Numbered from the stretch's first letter, positions 9,329 through 19,909 are shown. The stretch is DNA of 64,000 bases from Thermoproteota archaeon (GCA_030550585.1 JAUQPB010000001.1:576001-640000), one strand, 5' to 3'. Numbers and translations: made by a program. Notes: generated by a model not told the origin, from the sequence alone.

Positions 9329-11044
9329 CTATATCAGATTAGATATATCTCTATATGCATCCTCACTTTCTTTTGCAAGCCTATTATACATGTCTTTTCT
9401 CGTCTTCAAGGCACTCCAAATACTCGCTATATCAAGTGTAGCGCCAGCCCGCTTGCCACTATGCTTATCTATCTTCACATAGGCTGGGAACCTGCCAATC
9501 CATTCGCCAAGGACTATCGCCTCTCCAACACCAAGAGATGCAAGTGATGTTGCAATATCCTCTGTCAACATATCCGATATGTTCATTATGGCCTGCTGAT
9601 CAGCCTCTTGAACAAGCTTCATAAACACAAAGTTCTGAACCTGGCTCACAGTATTCGAATCTATATTTCTAGGCCTCTGAGACACTATTGCCAATGCCAA
9701 ACCAAATTTTCTACCCTCTCTCGCCACCCTCTCTATGGAGCTCCTAGATATTGTGTGTCTAGATGATGAGAGAAATAGATGCGCCTCTTCAATGAATACT
9801 AGAATCGGATGAGGAGAGTTTCTAGCCAGCATCTGCTTCGAATACGATAAGAGTTCATCCATAACACTCTTTAAACTATAATCCTTCTGTTCGTCGGCGA
9901 GATCAGAAACATTCAAAACAGTTATAGAGGCAGGCTTCAAGAATTCCACTATGCTTGGCGTCGAAAAACTCACTGATACAATATCGAAAAACTCCTCTAT
10001 TTTCGACAACGCCTTTAATGCAGACTCTTTTTCGTTAGTTGAGCTGCTCAAGAAAACTGATACAATCTTTTTGAATAGCTCGAGTAAAATATCATCGGCA
10101 CTAGTGGCATTAGCAATCTCTTCATCGATGTTGATGGATATTTTTTGCCCTCCAAAAAGCTGCTTATGACCCAAATCCGCAAGCAACTCATTTATTTTAC
10201 CACTGCTAACAGCTTCGATGAGTTCCGCACCTGTCCCAAAGCTTGTAATGGCCTTTTCCACAACCTTTTTGGCGACGTCGATTGCTTTTGCAGTCAAAGC
10301 TCTTTGTCTCGTTGCACCCGCCTCTGGTATTATCATCCTCGTCAGCATTCTTGTGGGTATCTTCAGAGGATTGAGCCTATAATCAATTCTCTGGATATCA
10401 ACGTCTGGCGACTGTGGTACAAGATTCCAGTACTCGCCATGAACATCGAATATCAGAACCGTACCGCCTATCGACGCAACTCTATCTGCTATTATGGCGA
10501 CAGTGTTGCTTTTTCCAGAGCCTGTGGTTCCTGTGATGAATAGGTGTTTCGAGAGTGCATTTACATCGACATTTATTTCAACATCGCTTCTCCCTATCAG
10601 ATGGCCAAGTCTGATAGAACCTGTTTTCCCAGATCCAAATATCTTTGAAAGGATATGGGATGGTGCAAGGTATATCTCTGTATCTGGTGGGGGTGGGACA
10701 CTCGGTGTCTCAACATTTCCGTTGATTATATCTGCAAAGATTCTTGCCCTCGAGGGTGCATACCTTAGATTTTCGTCGTCGATACCGATGTTTGTTGATG
10801 AAGATGCTATGAATGTTGGTGTGACAGGAACTATTTTCCTGTAAGACGTTACGCTGATAACTCCGACGGCACAGTGGCTTTTCTTATCGCCTGTCGAAAT
10901 ATCGTAGGCATCGAAAGGTATGGAGACATATGTTCCTAGAGGTATTGGGAGTTTTGAGATTATCTGAACCATGTTAGGGTATGATTCTTCCCCGACTCTG
11001 CCAATGATTATGTCAGATCTACAAAGCGAATTATCCATCATCAA
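9329..11044 (-). CDS. herA: HerA bipolar DNA helicase/translocase
   Basis: N-terminal HAS-barrel-like region, KHLFITGTTGSGKS, FDVHGEY, IEEAH, AREGRKFG, VSQRP. Confidence 0.92.
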   Translation of the reverse strand: MMMDNSLCRSDIIIGRVGEESYPNMVQIISKLPIPLGTYVSIPFDAYDISTGDKKSHCAVGVISVTSYRKIVPVTPTFIASSSTNIGIDDENLRYAPSRARIFADIINGNVETPSVPPPPDTEIYLAPSHILSKIFGSGKTGSIRLGHLIGRSDVEINVDVNALSKHLFITGTTGSGKSNTVAIIADRVASIGGTVLIFDVHGEYWNLVPQSPDVDIQRIDYRLNPLKIPTRMLTRMIIPEAGATRQRALTAKAIDVAKKVVEKAITSFGTGAELIEAVSSGKINELLADLGHKQLFGGQKISINIDEEIANATSADDILLELFKKIVSVFLSSSTNEKESALKALSKIEEFFDIVSVSFSTPSIVEFLKPASITVLNVSDLADEQKDYSLKSVMDELLSYSKQMLARNSPHPILVFIEEAHLFLSSSRHTISRSSIERVAREGRKFGLALAIVSQRPRNIDSNTVSQVQNFVFMKLVQEADQQAIMNISDMLTEDIATSLASLGVGEAIVLGEWIGRFPAYVKIDKHSGKRAGATLDIASIWSALKTRKDMYNRLAKESEDAYRDISNLI

Positions 11045-11087
11045 AACCTGTCTGCCTTACCTATAGCTAATGTAGTGTTCTGGATGA

Positions 11088-12767
11088 TTAATAAGCCTCA
11101 CTCAGTGTTATGAGATCCTCGAACAGCATTTTCAAAGCCTCTCTTCTCTTTCTCGATTCAGCCTCTTCAAACGTATTCTTAACTACGACCTCATATAGTC
11201 TAGCCTCCTTTCCAGGAGCAGGTCTAAGAATTCTACCCAATCTTTGTATAAACTGTCTTCTAGACCCTGTTCCAGCGGCTATTATGCCAACATTTGCATC
11301 CGGTATATCTATACCCTCGTCTCCAACTGTGGTTAGGACAAGCACTCTGATAAGCCCTGACTTAAACAGCTCCAACCTGCGCTTTCTAGTGTTTTCATCG
11401 AGCTCGCCAACTATGTAGTGTGTTGCCAGCTGATCGGCTATATTCTTGGCCTGATCAACATACTGCGTAAAGATGAGTATCTTGCTCCCCTTTGCCAGCT
11501 CTTCTTCAACAATCTTTTTAATTGCATCGATCTTCTGCTTTGCATTGGCTACCAACGATCTTATCTCGCTTCTTATTTTAAGCGCCTCCATAGCCTCTGC
11601 ATCACCTTTCTTTGCATCCTCTAAAAGCTGGTTGAACTCCCTTCCTTTAGCAAGCTTTCTGTACCTATCCAGCAACTCTCTATACCTCTTCTTCTCCTCC
11701 TCGGTAAGAGAAACCTTGACCGTTGTAACCTTAAATGGCGCTACATAGCCCCTGTCTGCAAGCTCTTGAAGGGTTTTTGCATAGACGACTCCTCCCATAA
11801 GTGGAAACAATTCAATGTGTTTACCATCTTCTCGTACAACTGTTGCCGATAAACCCATTCTCATCGGGGCAAAGGCATTCTCAGCTATGGCCCTAAACTT
11901 TTCGGCGGGAAGATGATGAACCTCATCAACAATAAGCAAAGAAAATTGGTGGGCAAGGCTATCTATATACCTATATGCTGATTGATATGTTGATATTGTT
12001 ATCGGTGCAACTCTCTTTTCACTACTGTAGAAAAATCCTATGAAGCTCTTTGGAGTATCTGTGAACTCAACTATTTTGTCTCCCCATTGAAACATCTGCT
12101 CCTTAGTATATGTAACAATCAGCGTTTTTACGCCAAGCTCTGCAATAGCTGCAATGGCTATGATGGTTTTGCCTGTACCTGTTGGAAGAGCTATGATCCC
12201 TTTAAAACCATTCTTTCTCCAAGCATCTAGAGCCTCTTTTTGATAGTCTCTCAAATCCCCTTTGAAAGATATTTTTATTGGTAACCTAAGCTCCTTCTCA
12301 ATATTAGTCTTGTTAACAACTTCTATACCCCTCTTCTTTAAATGTTCTAAAACATCGAAGAAATACATTGGCTTAGCTATCTTGAATGCCTTCTTATCTT
12401 TGTTGTAGATGATTATATTCTTCTCTCGGAAATCCTTAATGAGATCCCCTATATAGAAATTGGGTTTGAGGTACACACCATCCACATCCTTAGCAACAAT
12501 AACAACAGGTATATAGCTAGAAACAAGCCTCTTGACATCCTCAATAGATCCTCTTTCAAACTCAACATCATAACCGGCTAGCAGATCTAGGACATCTGCA
12601 GGACTAATTTCTTTGTTGCGTAGAGAATCAGCAAGCTTGTTAACATCTATAACGAATTTGGCTCCGTGATAGTCCTTTCCAACATATTTTGCAAACTTTA
12701 AGAATGTTTTAAAATCTGAGTCGTCTATCCACTCTCTAACATAGAAAACTATTGCATCTCTACTCAC
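11088..12767 (-). CDS. xpb: XPB/Rad25-family SF2 DNA helicase
   Basis: LRDYQ, LPTGTGKT, DEVHH, GLSAT..RED, EGIDIP, QRLGRILR. Confidence 0.88.
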   Translation of the reverse strand: MSRDAIVFYVREWIDDSDFKTFLKFAKYVGKDYHGAKFVIDVNKLADSLRNKEISPADVLDLLAGYDVEFERGSIEDVKRLVSSYIPVVIVAKDVDGVYLKPNFYIGDLIKDFREKNIIIYNKDKKAFKIAKPMYFFDVLEHLKKRGIEVVNKTNIEKELRLPIKISFKGDLRDYQKEALDAWRKNGFKGIIALPTGTGKTIIAIAAIAELGVKTLIVTYTKEQMFQWGDKIVEFTDTPKSFIGFFYSSEKRVAPITISTYQSAYRYIDSLAHQFSLLIVDEVHHLPAEKFRAIAENAFAPMRMGLSATVVREDGKHIELFPLMGGVVYAKTLQELADRGYVAPFKVTTVKVSLTEEEKKRYRELLDRYRKLAKGREFNQLLEDAKKGDAEAMEALKIRSEIRSLVANAKQKIDAIKKIVEEELAKGSKILIFTQYVDQAKNIADQLATHYIVGELDENTRKRRLELFKSGLIRVLVLTTVGDEGIDIPDANVGIIAAGTGSRRQFIQRLGRILRPAPGKEARLYEVVVKNTFEEAESRKRREALKMLFEDLITLSEAY

Positions 12768-12878
12768 AAACTAATCACCATGCGTTAAACTGCTAAAACT
12801 CTTTGTTCGCATATACTACAATGGCTATTTTTATCATAGCCTAGCAGGCTATATATGCTAGACACCTGCTCGCAACTA

Positions 12879-13793
12879 TTATATTCCGAGGATACGTAGC
12901 TCCCCGGACTCAGTTATGAAGCCCCACGGCATTGCATGCGTGTTATATAGTCCAGCCACTCTACCAAATCTGTCCAATGCTATAAACCCTGCCACACCAG
13001 ATCCGTACACACTGTCTATAGACTTTAATACACTGCCTACAGCTTCTTGCACATCTTTACCTTTGCATATATCCTCAACAATTCTAAAGGTTGCATGGGT
13101 CAATATAATGTATTCACCAACACCTGTTGCAACAGCGGCTCCGCACTCATTTGCATAGAAGCCTGCTCCAGGTATAGGAGAATCGCCAACCCTTCCAGGC
13201 ATCTTCAAAAACACTCCGCCGGTGCTTACACCAGCTGCTAAATCTCCATTTCTATCTAGTGCCACAGCACCGACTGTATCTCCAAGCGAAAGCCACGCGG
13301 CTAAACTTTTTGGATATGGAATACTCTTTGCCTCTCCTTTCACAATCCTATTTAGATAGTCTTTGTACAACTCCAACACCTTTTTGGAAGGGCCTGGATG
13401 GGGCTCCAAACCTATCTTCTTAGCTATATTATCAGCAGCATCACCAGCAATAATTACATGATCTGTCTTCTCAAGAACGAATCTAGCTAATTTTATGGGG
13501 TTTTTTGGGTATTTAACATATGCTACAGCTCCAGCTCTTCCACGATACATTACACCAGCATCCATAGAAATAGAGCCGCTTAGGTCAACAACGCTTCCAA
13601 TGCCAGCATTGAAGACTCCCGAGTTCTCCAAAACCTCAACCGCGGAGACCACCATGTCTAAACTTGATCCGCTGTGGTATGCCTTGAACCCCTCTTCCAA
13701 AGCCTGCTTAATTGTCATTTTTACCGTTGCCAACGTTGTGGCGTCAACTCTCCAGCTACCAGCACCACCATGAACAGCTAGCACAACCCTCAT
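12879..13793 (-). CDS. Isoaspartyl peptidase / L-asparaginase (Ntn hydrolase, type 2)
   Basis: HGGAG, FNAGIGS, autoprocessing D|TVGAVA, STGG, GRVGDSPIPGAG, TGVGE. Confidence 0.92.
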   Translation of the reverse strand: MRVVLAVHGGAGSWRVDATTLATVKMTIKQALEEGFKAYHSGSSLDMVVSAVEVLENSGVFNAGIGSVVDLSGSISMDAGVMYRGRAGAVAYVKYPKNPIKLARFVLEKTDHVIIAGDAADNIAKKIGLEPHPGPSKKVLELYKDYLNRIVKGEAKSIPYPKSLAAWLSLGDTVGAVALDRNGDLAAGVSTGGVFLKMPGRVGDSPIPGAGFYANECGAAVATGVGEYIILTHATFRIVEDICKGKDVQEAVGSVLKSIDSVYGSGVAGFIALDRFGRVAGLYNTHAMPWGFITESGELRILGI

Positions 13794-13815
13794 TTTAATA
13801 GCCTTTGCATAATAT

Positions 13816-14265
13816 TTATTTGTATATCAAAATTTTGACTAGGCCGCGCTTTTTCAACACCTTAACTTTGTCGGGGTCTATTTTTGTTGGTATCTCAATA
13901 ACCTCTCTGTATTCGTGGAACCTTGTCTCCCCTCCTTTGCCGCTCCAATGGCTAAATCTAATCTCCTCCTTAAGTCTAGCTCTAATATATATGGTATTGC
14001 CATGAAATCTCACATCTATTGATCCTTCATCAGATTTCGGCAGATCTATCAAAATCTCGTAGTAGTTTCCCCTATCATAGATTGTGTACAAAGGTCTCAG
14101 ATACCCTTCGTGGTGCCACATTGGATACATCATTTCCTTGAAGTGCGACATATCCTCTCTAAAATCTTCTAGGATTTTTCTGAACTCGCTTTCTATCAAA
14201 TCTCTAACACTTCTTTCAATCTCTCTAATTCTCTTGAACAACCTGTCAAATTCTTCGTCAGTCAT
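13816..14265 (-). CDS. Small heat-shock protein (Hsp20/alpha-crystallin)
   Basis: RPLYTIYD..YEILIDLP...IEIPTKIDP....KRGLVKI alpha-crystallin pattern; ATG 14265 behind GGTG. Confidence 0.8.
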   Translation of the reverse strand: MTDEEFDRLFKRIREIERSVRDLIESEFRKILEDFREDMSHFKEMMYPMWHHEGYLRPLYTIYDRGNYYEILIDLPKSDEGSIDVRFHGNTIYIRARLKEEIRFSHWSGKGGETRFHEYREVIEIPTKIDPDKVKVLKKRGLVKILIYK

Positions 14266-14277
14266 ATCCACACCTAA

Positions 14278-15054
14278 TTATGTGTATAGCGGTGGTGTGT
14301 ACTCAAGATCTTTTCTCATCTGGGCCAGTCCTCTAACAACATTTTTCATGGCGTCTCTAGCCCTGATTCTAATAGCCTCGGCTTCGTCAAGAAGCTCTTT
14401 AACATCTATGGCCTTTCCTATAATCCTCGATATTATGTCGACATTTTTTGCTGAGGCTTCTGGATCTGGGAACTCGAGAAAGGACTCTGTTAAGAGTAGG
14501 ATTGTGTTTAGCTTTGCTCTGACAAATTCTTTCAATAGTATTGCATATGGACCTGCGAAGAAGCCGTTTTCAAATGGTATCAAATCAAGGTTTTTAACAA
14601 GTTCGAAAGCCTTTTGTGATGTGGCTAAGTAGAATGTTCTTAGTTTCTCTACCTCAAATCTGTTTTGTATGGGCATTCCTGTGGCCAGAAATATGTAGTC
14701 TATACCCTTTCTCTCTAGATAATTTGCCAAAAGCTTTGACAGTTTAATCATGCCCAGTTGTGAAGGCATGAACTCGCTGTAGACAATAAACAGGTTATTG
14801 CCTGCAAAAACTCTGATGGGCGTTCTAAGGGTTTTATTGCTTATCACAGCTACTGGAGGGAGATGAATATAGGAGTCTATGCCCCCAACCTCAGGTAGTT
14901 GAAGGGTTTTTATTATATGCCAAGCACCTATAACACTTACAAGACCGGTATCGGGAAGTGAGATCAATGCGAAACTGGGTTTTTCAATCTCTATGTGCCT
15001 ATACTCAACAATTATGAAATCCTCAAAAAGCTCCTCCTTAAAGATCTCAAACAA
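14278..15054 (-). CDS. PAC2-family proteasome assembly chaperone/activator (PbaA/PbaB-like) with C-terminal HbYX
   Basis: LPDTGLVS, PPVAV, FPDPEAS, IDVKELLDEAE motifs; ends in ...PPLYT. Confidence 0.85.
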   Translation of the reverse strand: MFEIFKEELFEDFIIVEYRHIEIEKPSFALISLPDTGLVSVIGAWHIIKTLQLPEVGGIDSYIHLPPVAVISNKTLRTPIRVFAGNNLFIVYSEFMPSQLGMIKLSKLLANYLERKGIDYIFLATGMPIQNRFEVEKLRTFYLATSQKAFELVKNLDLIPFENGFFAGPYAILLKEFVRAKLNTILLLTESFLEFPDPEASAKNVDIISRIIGKAIDVKELLDEAEAIRIRARDAMKNVVRGLAQMRKDLEYTPPLYT

Positions 15055-15095
15055 TTCTGATCCCGATAGCTACACCGTTGCAGAAAATATAAAGT

Positions 15096-16457
15096 TTATT
15101 TATTGTTATAGAGCTTTGCAATTCTAATTATCTTCTCCGCCACATCTGTTGCTGTAAAACCGAAGATGTTTATCATAGGCTCCTTCCCCCAGTCACCTCT
15201 ATGATAAACTATATCAGGCACAAACCCAGCTCTTTTAACAGCTTGTTCAATGCCCCACGGTATTGTAGCCCCCTCTAAATTCTTTATCTCTAGAGGCTCT
15301 TGAGACCTGTCGTAAAATGATGTTGTGAATCCGAGTAGCTTAGCTATCTCCAGAATCCTTTCATCGAATCTTATATTGGCTGCTGCCCTGACTCTCTCAT
15401 CGAATTCCATAGCCTTTAAAACAGCTTTTGCCATGTGCCTCGAAGCCCCAAAAGCTATGTTTCCAACAACCTTTATCTTCTTGCCAAACCTCACTATTCT
15501 ACCCACAACACCAGCAACATCATCTATATTTTGCGCATATGGCTTTGGAATAGCCATTACAATGTTCATTCCAACCTCTGGTATGAGAGGGGCTATTAAC
15601 TCACCGTTCTCCTCTAAAATCTCTACAGCTCTAGCAACATTCTCTACAACTCTATATTTCTCAGCTGGTATCATAACCCATGCAACAGGGTTTACAGGTC
15701 CGTGGCCCCTCCCAATATTTAGACCATATCTTATAGCTGTGGTTATGAACTCCTTAGCCGTCTTCACAGCATCTTCAATTGTTTTCCCCTTTGCCAGCTC
15801 AGCTGCTATAGCAGCTGAAAAACTGCATCCAGTTCCATGGGTAGCCTTTGTGTTTATTCTATCAGCCTCAAACTCCTTGAACTTACCATTGTAGTAGAGA
15901 ATGTCTATGGATTTGTCACCCTCTATGTGGCCGCCCTTGACTATGGCAGCCTTTGCCCCAAGCTCTTCAACAATGTATTTCGCAGCTTTCCTAGCATCCT
16001 CAACAGATTTTATCTCCATGCCCACTATCCTCTCAGCCTCAAATCTATTGGGTGTAACAACTGTCGCCACAGGTATGAGATACCTTATCACAGCGTCTAC
16101 AGCATCGCTTCTCAGTAGTGGGGCACCGCTTTTGGCAATCATAACTGGGTCGACGACTGTTGGTATGTTATAGCTCTTCAGAAGCGATGAAACGAGTTTG
16201 ACTATATCGGCATTGCTTAGCATACCGGTTTTCGCAGCATCAACTCCAATGTCCTCTACAACAGCTCTGAACTGCGCCTCGATGATGTGTAGAGGCAAGT
16301 CGAAAACAGCTCTAACCTCGTATGTGTTCTGAGCTGTTATAGAGGTTATGACGCTCATTCCGTGGACTCCCAAAGAAGCAAATGTCTTTAGATCGGCCTG
16401 TATGCCAGCTCCGCCACCAGAATCACTACCTGCTATGGTAAGAGCTTTTCTAATCAT
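15096..16457 (-). CDS. thiDN: Fused HMP/HMP-P kinase and thiamine-phosphate synthase (ThiD-ThiN)
   Basis: [23 protein letters not shown]; C-terminal [26 protein letters not shown] ThiN motifs. Confidence 0.95.
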   Translation of the reverse strand: MIRKALTIAGSDSGGGAGIQADLKTFASLGVHGMSVITSITAQNTYEVRAVFDLPLHIIEAQFRAVVEDIGVDAAKTGMLSNADIVKLVSSLLKSYNIPTVVDPVMIAKSGAPLLRSDAVDAVIRYLIPVATVVTPNRFEAERIVGMEIKSVEDARKAAKYIVEELGAKAAIVKGGHIEGDKSIDILYYNGKFKEFEADRINTKATHGTGCSFSAAIAAELAKGKTIEDAVKTAKEFITTAIRYGLNIGRGHGPVNPVAWVMIPAEKYRVVENVARAVEILEENGELIAPLIPEVGMNIVMAIPKPYAQNIDDVAGVVGRIVRFGKKIKVVGNIAFGASRHMAKAVLKAMEFDERVRAAANIRFDERILEIAKLLGFTTSFYDRSQEPLEIKNLEGATIPWGIEQAVKRAGFVPDIVYHRGDWGKEPMINIFGFTATDVAEKIIRIAKLYNNK

Positions 16458-16597
16458 TGTTCACACCACTGCTGAATAGAGATGTAAGGCTTTTTAATCT
16501 TGATTGCTATGAATGTGGTGTTATGTCGAAGCTTAAGTAAAGCTTTTAAGTTTTAATACTGAACTAGTTGCTGTATAGCCTATGGGTGTCCAGCTCT

Positions 16598-17263
16598 TTG
16601 TCTACAGCGCAAAAGTTTAGGCTAACCGGAAGAGAGAGATGGAGACTCAAAAAGTGGTATAATGTCATAGCTCCAGAGTACTTTGGGTCAGTAACCATAG
16701 CCACAACGCCAGCTGACGAACCCTGGAAGTTGCTTGGCAGGAGAGTTTCTGCCACACTCTATGATTTGACTGGAGATATAACGCAAGTCCATGTGAACAT
16801 ATATTTCCAGATATGGAAGATCGAGGGAGAGAACGCATATACGATATTCAAGGGCCACGAACTTGCAAGAGACTATATAAGGAGTTTGACAAGGAGAAAA
16901 AGTAGCAGAATATCGGCAATACTCAACGTCACTACGAAAGACGGTTACGTTCTAAGATTAAATGTTATGGCTTGGACAACATACCGCTGTGGCACCAGTC
17001 AGAGACATGCAATAAGAAAGATTTTAATGGATCTATCATCGAAGATAGCATCTGAGAAAACATTTGGAGAATTCGTTGTTGGCATGGTATTCGGAGACTA
17101 CAATCAAATGCTATTTAATGAAGCAAAGAAGATATATCCCCTGAGGAAAGTAGAGTTTGCAAAGTCAAAGCTTGTAGCAGTGCCAACGCCAGAGGGGCTA
17201 AAGAAAGCTGTTATAATTCCCAAGCCAGGTGTTTTAGAGGCTCCCCATGGGACATCTCTCTAG
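16598..17263 (+). CDS. rps3ae: 30S ribosomal protein eS1 (S3Ae)
   Basis: KKWYNVIAP, GRRVSATLYDLTGD, DYIRSLTRR, KKIYPLRKVE; likely TTG start 16598 behind GGGTG. Confidence 0.95.
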   Translation: MSTAQKFRLTGRERWRLKKWYNVIAPEYFGSVTIATTPADEPWKLLGRRVSATLYDLTGDITQVHVNIYFQIWKIEGENAYTIFKGHELARDYIRSLTRRKSSRISAILNVTTKDGYVLRLNVMAWTTYRCGTSQRHAIRKILMDLSSKIASEKTFGEFVVGMVFGDYNQMLFNEAKKIYPLRKVEFAKSKLVAVPTPEGLKKAVIIPKPGVLEAPHGTSL

Positions 17264-17308
17264 AGCTAAACTAATCACATTCTCCCCATTTTACCTTCGG
17301 TGTACGTT

Positions 17309-18559
17309 TTGATTGGCATTGTTCTAGCGGCTGGCGAAGGCAAAAGGCTAAGGCCATTAACTGAAACAAGACCCAAGGCACTGGTGCCAGTTGCTGGCAA
17401 GCCTGTAATATACTATTCTCTTGATTTGCTTGCTAGACTAGGGGTTAAAGAGATCTATGTAGTTGTTTCGTATATGAAGGAACTTGTTGTTGAAAGCGTT
17501 AAGAAAATTGCCAACGAGCTTCTAATCGATGTTAAGTTTGTTGACCAGGAGAATACTCTGGGCACAGGCCATGCCGTTAAAAAGGTTGTTGAAAAAGCTC
17601 TAGACGATGCTGTCATCGTCTATGGAGATCTATATCTAAACCCTACCAGCATATACAATTCTATGAAACCGCTCATAGAGAAGAAGATAAATACCTTAGT
17701 CGGTGTGAGAGTATCAAATATTTCCAAGTATGGAAAACTCATTGTTGAAGGTGATAGAGTCCTTGGAATAGCTGAAAAGCCCGCTGAAAGCGGTGAAGGG
17801 CTTGCCAACGCCGGTATATACTTCGCTAAATCGAATATCCTCAAACTTGTCAACGACCTGAAAACCTCGCCCAGAGGAGAGTATGAGCTAACAGATATTG
17901 TATCCATTGCTAGGAATAGAGGTGAGGAGTTCAAGTATATCACAATAGACTCTAGCGATTGGCAGGACATTGGATACCCATGGGATTTGCTAAAAGCCAA
18001 TAGACTAGCTCTCGAAAAAATGGCTGACAGAAAGATTCTTGGTGATGTATCTATCTACACAACTATAAAGGGACGTGTATACATAGGGGAGGGTGCAACA
18101 ATAAAGGGTTGCACATACATAGAGGGCCCAGCCTACATAGGCAACGACGCAACAATAGGGCCAAACGCATACATAAGGCCATATACAATAATACTTAGCA
18201 AAGCGCATATAGGATTCTCAACAGAAGTTAAAGAGAGTATAGTGATGGAAGAAACACATGCAGCACATTTAACATACATCGGGGACAGCATAATAGCTGA
18301 AAACGTTAATCTAGGAGCAGGAACAAAACTAGCCAATTTGAGATTCGACGAAAAAACGGTGAAAATGGTCATAGAAGGTATGGTAATAGATAGCGGAAGA
18401 AGGAAACTGGGAGCGGTGATAGGAGGGTACGTAAAAACAGGTATAAACGTATCTATAATGCCAGGCGTAAAGATAGGATCTCACTCAATAATATACCCAG
18501 GGGTAACAGTATATAGAGACGTCCCACCGAAAACAATAGTGAAAAAAGATTGGGTATAA
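17309..18559 (+). CDS. glmU: Bifunctional sugar-1-phosphate nucleotidylyltransferase/acetyltransferase (GlmU-like)
   Basis: LAAGEGKRLRPLT, EKP, SPRGEYELTD, hexapeptide repeats, HLTYIGDS, ANLRFD; likely TTG 17309 behind GGTG. Confidence 0.9.
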   Translation: MIGIVLAAGEGKRLRPLTETRPKALVPVAGKPVIYYSLDLLARLGVKEIYVVVSYMKELVVESVKKIANELLIDVKFVDQENTLGTGHAVKKVVEKALDDAVIVYGDLYLNPTSIYNSMKPLIEKKINTLVGVRVSNISKYGKLIVEGDRVLGIAEKPAESGEGLANAGIYFAKSNILKLVNDLKTSPRGEYELTDIVSIARNRGEEFKYITIDSSDWQDIGYPWDLLKANRLALEKMADRKILGDVSIYTTIKGRVYIGEGATIKGCTYIEGPAYIGNDATIGPNAYIRPYTIILSKAHIGFSTEVKESIVMEETHAAHLTYIGDSIIAENVNLGAGTKLANLRFDEKTVKMVIEGMVIDSGRRKLGAVIGGYVKTGINVSIMPGVKIGSHSIIYPGVTVYRDVPPKTIVKKDWV

Positions 18560-18610
18560 AGGTATAAACCAAAACAGCTTTTAACCACAACCACACAACG
18601 TTTCTATAGA

Positions 18611-18689
18611 GCGGCGGTCGTCTAGCCTGGTCTAGGACGCCGGCCTGCCAAGCCGGAGATCCCGGGTTCAAATCCCGGCCGCCGCACCA
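18611..18689 (+). tRNA. tRNA-Gly(GCC), CCA encoded
   Basis: Acceptor GCGGCGG/CCGCCGC, anticodon arm CCGGC-CT-GCC-AA-GCCGG, T loop TTCAAAT, ends ACCA. Confidence 0.97.
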
Positions 18690-18813
18690 AACAATTGACT
18701 TCTCACTTTAAAAGAATTTATTAGTCTTCTTGGGTTCACACAAAATTGTTTGACGTGAGCTAGTGAATAGATGGTACGCAAACTCTATAGCCTCATGGTG
18801 AACTGTTTAAACA

Positions 18814-18978
18814 ATGGTAAATATTTCATCTTTTGTGGACTATGTCCGTAGAATCGTTAGAAAGGTTAGGTGTATACTTGGCTATAACAAGACTGTTGAA
18901 TCTCTTGGGATATCCAAGAGCTCTCTGAGCAATGACCCCCATTTCTTTGTTTTATCATCTCTTTTGATTAGCGTTTAG
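18814..18978 (+). pseudogene. Probable truncated N-terminal HTH fragment of a crenarchaeal tyrosine integrase
   Basis: Hand translation MVNISSFVDYVRRIVRKVRCILGYNKTVESLGISKSSLSN|DPHFF...* with GGTGA upstream; resembles the N-terminal HTH of Thermoprotei integrases; lies 125 bp after tRNA-Gly. Confidence 0.5.
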
Positions 18979-19137
18979 TTAAGGGTTTTAGCAGGTTTCT
19001 TAAAAATTGTATGTATGCGTAGATTTAATGGGAAGGGTCTGTCTATTGTTTATTTCATATTTGTAATGCGACTAAAGAAATGGTTTTTATCAAAACTTTT
19101 ATACCTACCGAATCAGAGGATCTGTAGGCATTCAAAG

Positions 19138-19902
19138 ATGAGTAAGTGGTTATATGCAATAGTAGCTGTCATAGTTATTGCAGCAATTACCTTTGCAGTC
19201 TATTACTTGTCCTTCTCAAAGCCTGCAGAAAAAGTCTTAAGAGTTGGTACCTCGCCTGATTTCCCACCTTTTGAGTTCATAAACGAGAGCAATGGGGAGA
19301 TTGTTGGCATAGACATCGATTTGATTAAGGCTATAGCCAATAAGCTTGGTTACAAGGTTCAGATTGTGAGCATGGATTTCGATGGGCTTATACCAGCTCT
19401 TGAACAGGGTCAGGTAGATGTTGTTATATCTGGTATGACTATAACTGAGGAGAGGGCTAAGAGAGTTGATTTTAGTATACCGTATTGGAAAGCCGATCAA
19501 GCTATAATAGTTGTTAAAGGATCTTCCTATAGACCATCATCTATAGAGGATCTGGCCGGCCATGCTGTTGGTGTTCAAAGTGGTACCACTGCTGAGGAGC
19601 TTCTCGACGAATATGTCAGTAAGGGGCTTAGCATAAATGTTAAGAAGTATTCTTCATATACACTAGCAGTTCAAGACCTGCTTAATGGCAGGGTTGATGC
19701 TGTAGTTGTTGATTCTCCTGTGGCTAAGGCCCTTGCAAAGAAATACAATGTTGAGGTGACAGCAACTATACAAACTGGTGAAGAGTATGGAATAGCTGTT
19801 AAAAAGGGCAACAAAGATCTTTTAGACCAGATAAACAAGGCTTTGAACGAGATTCTCAATAGCAGTGAGTGGGATGCTATAGTCTCTAAATACACGGGCT
19901 AG
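19138..19902 (+). CDS. Polar amino-acid ABC transporter substrate-binding protein
   Basis: N-terminal TM anchor, VGTSPDFPPFE, FDGLIPAL, MTITEERAKRVDFS, YGIAVKKG; ATG 19138 preferred over 19015. Confidence 0.92.
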   Translation: MSKWLYAIVAVIVIAAITFAVYYLSFSKPAEKVLRVGTSPDFPPFEFINESNGEIVGIDIDLIKAIANKLGYKVQIVSMDFDGLIPALEQGQVDVVISGMTITEERAKRVDFSIPYWKADQAIIVVKGSSYRPSSIEDLAGHAVGVQSGTTAEELLDEYVSKGLSINVKKYSSYTLAVQDLLNGRVDAVVVDSPVAKALAKKYNVEVTATIQTGEEYGIAVKKGNKDLLDQINKALNEILNSSEWDAIVSKYTG

Positions 19903-19909
19903 AGCCCAG

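Noticed and set aside
16478-16530. Degenerate C/D-like pattern between thiDN and rps3ae
   Set aside because: All four boxes deviate from consensus and the region is explained by divergent promoters
19015-19137. N-terminal extensions in the ORF track (also 16568, 28023, 31916, 45416, 53564)
   Set aside because: They run through promoter or AT-rich DNA; downstream starts fit Shine-Dalgarno sites and family N-termini better
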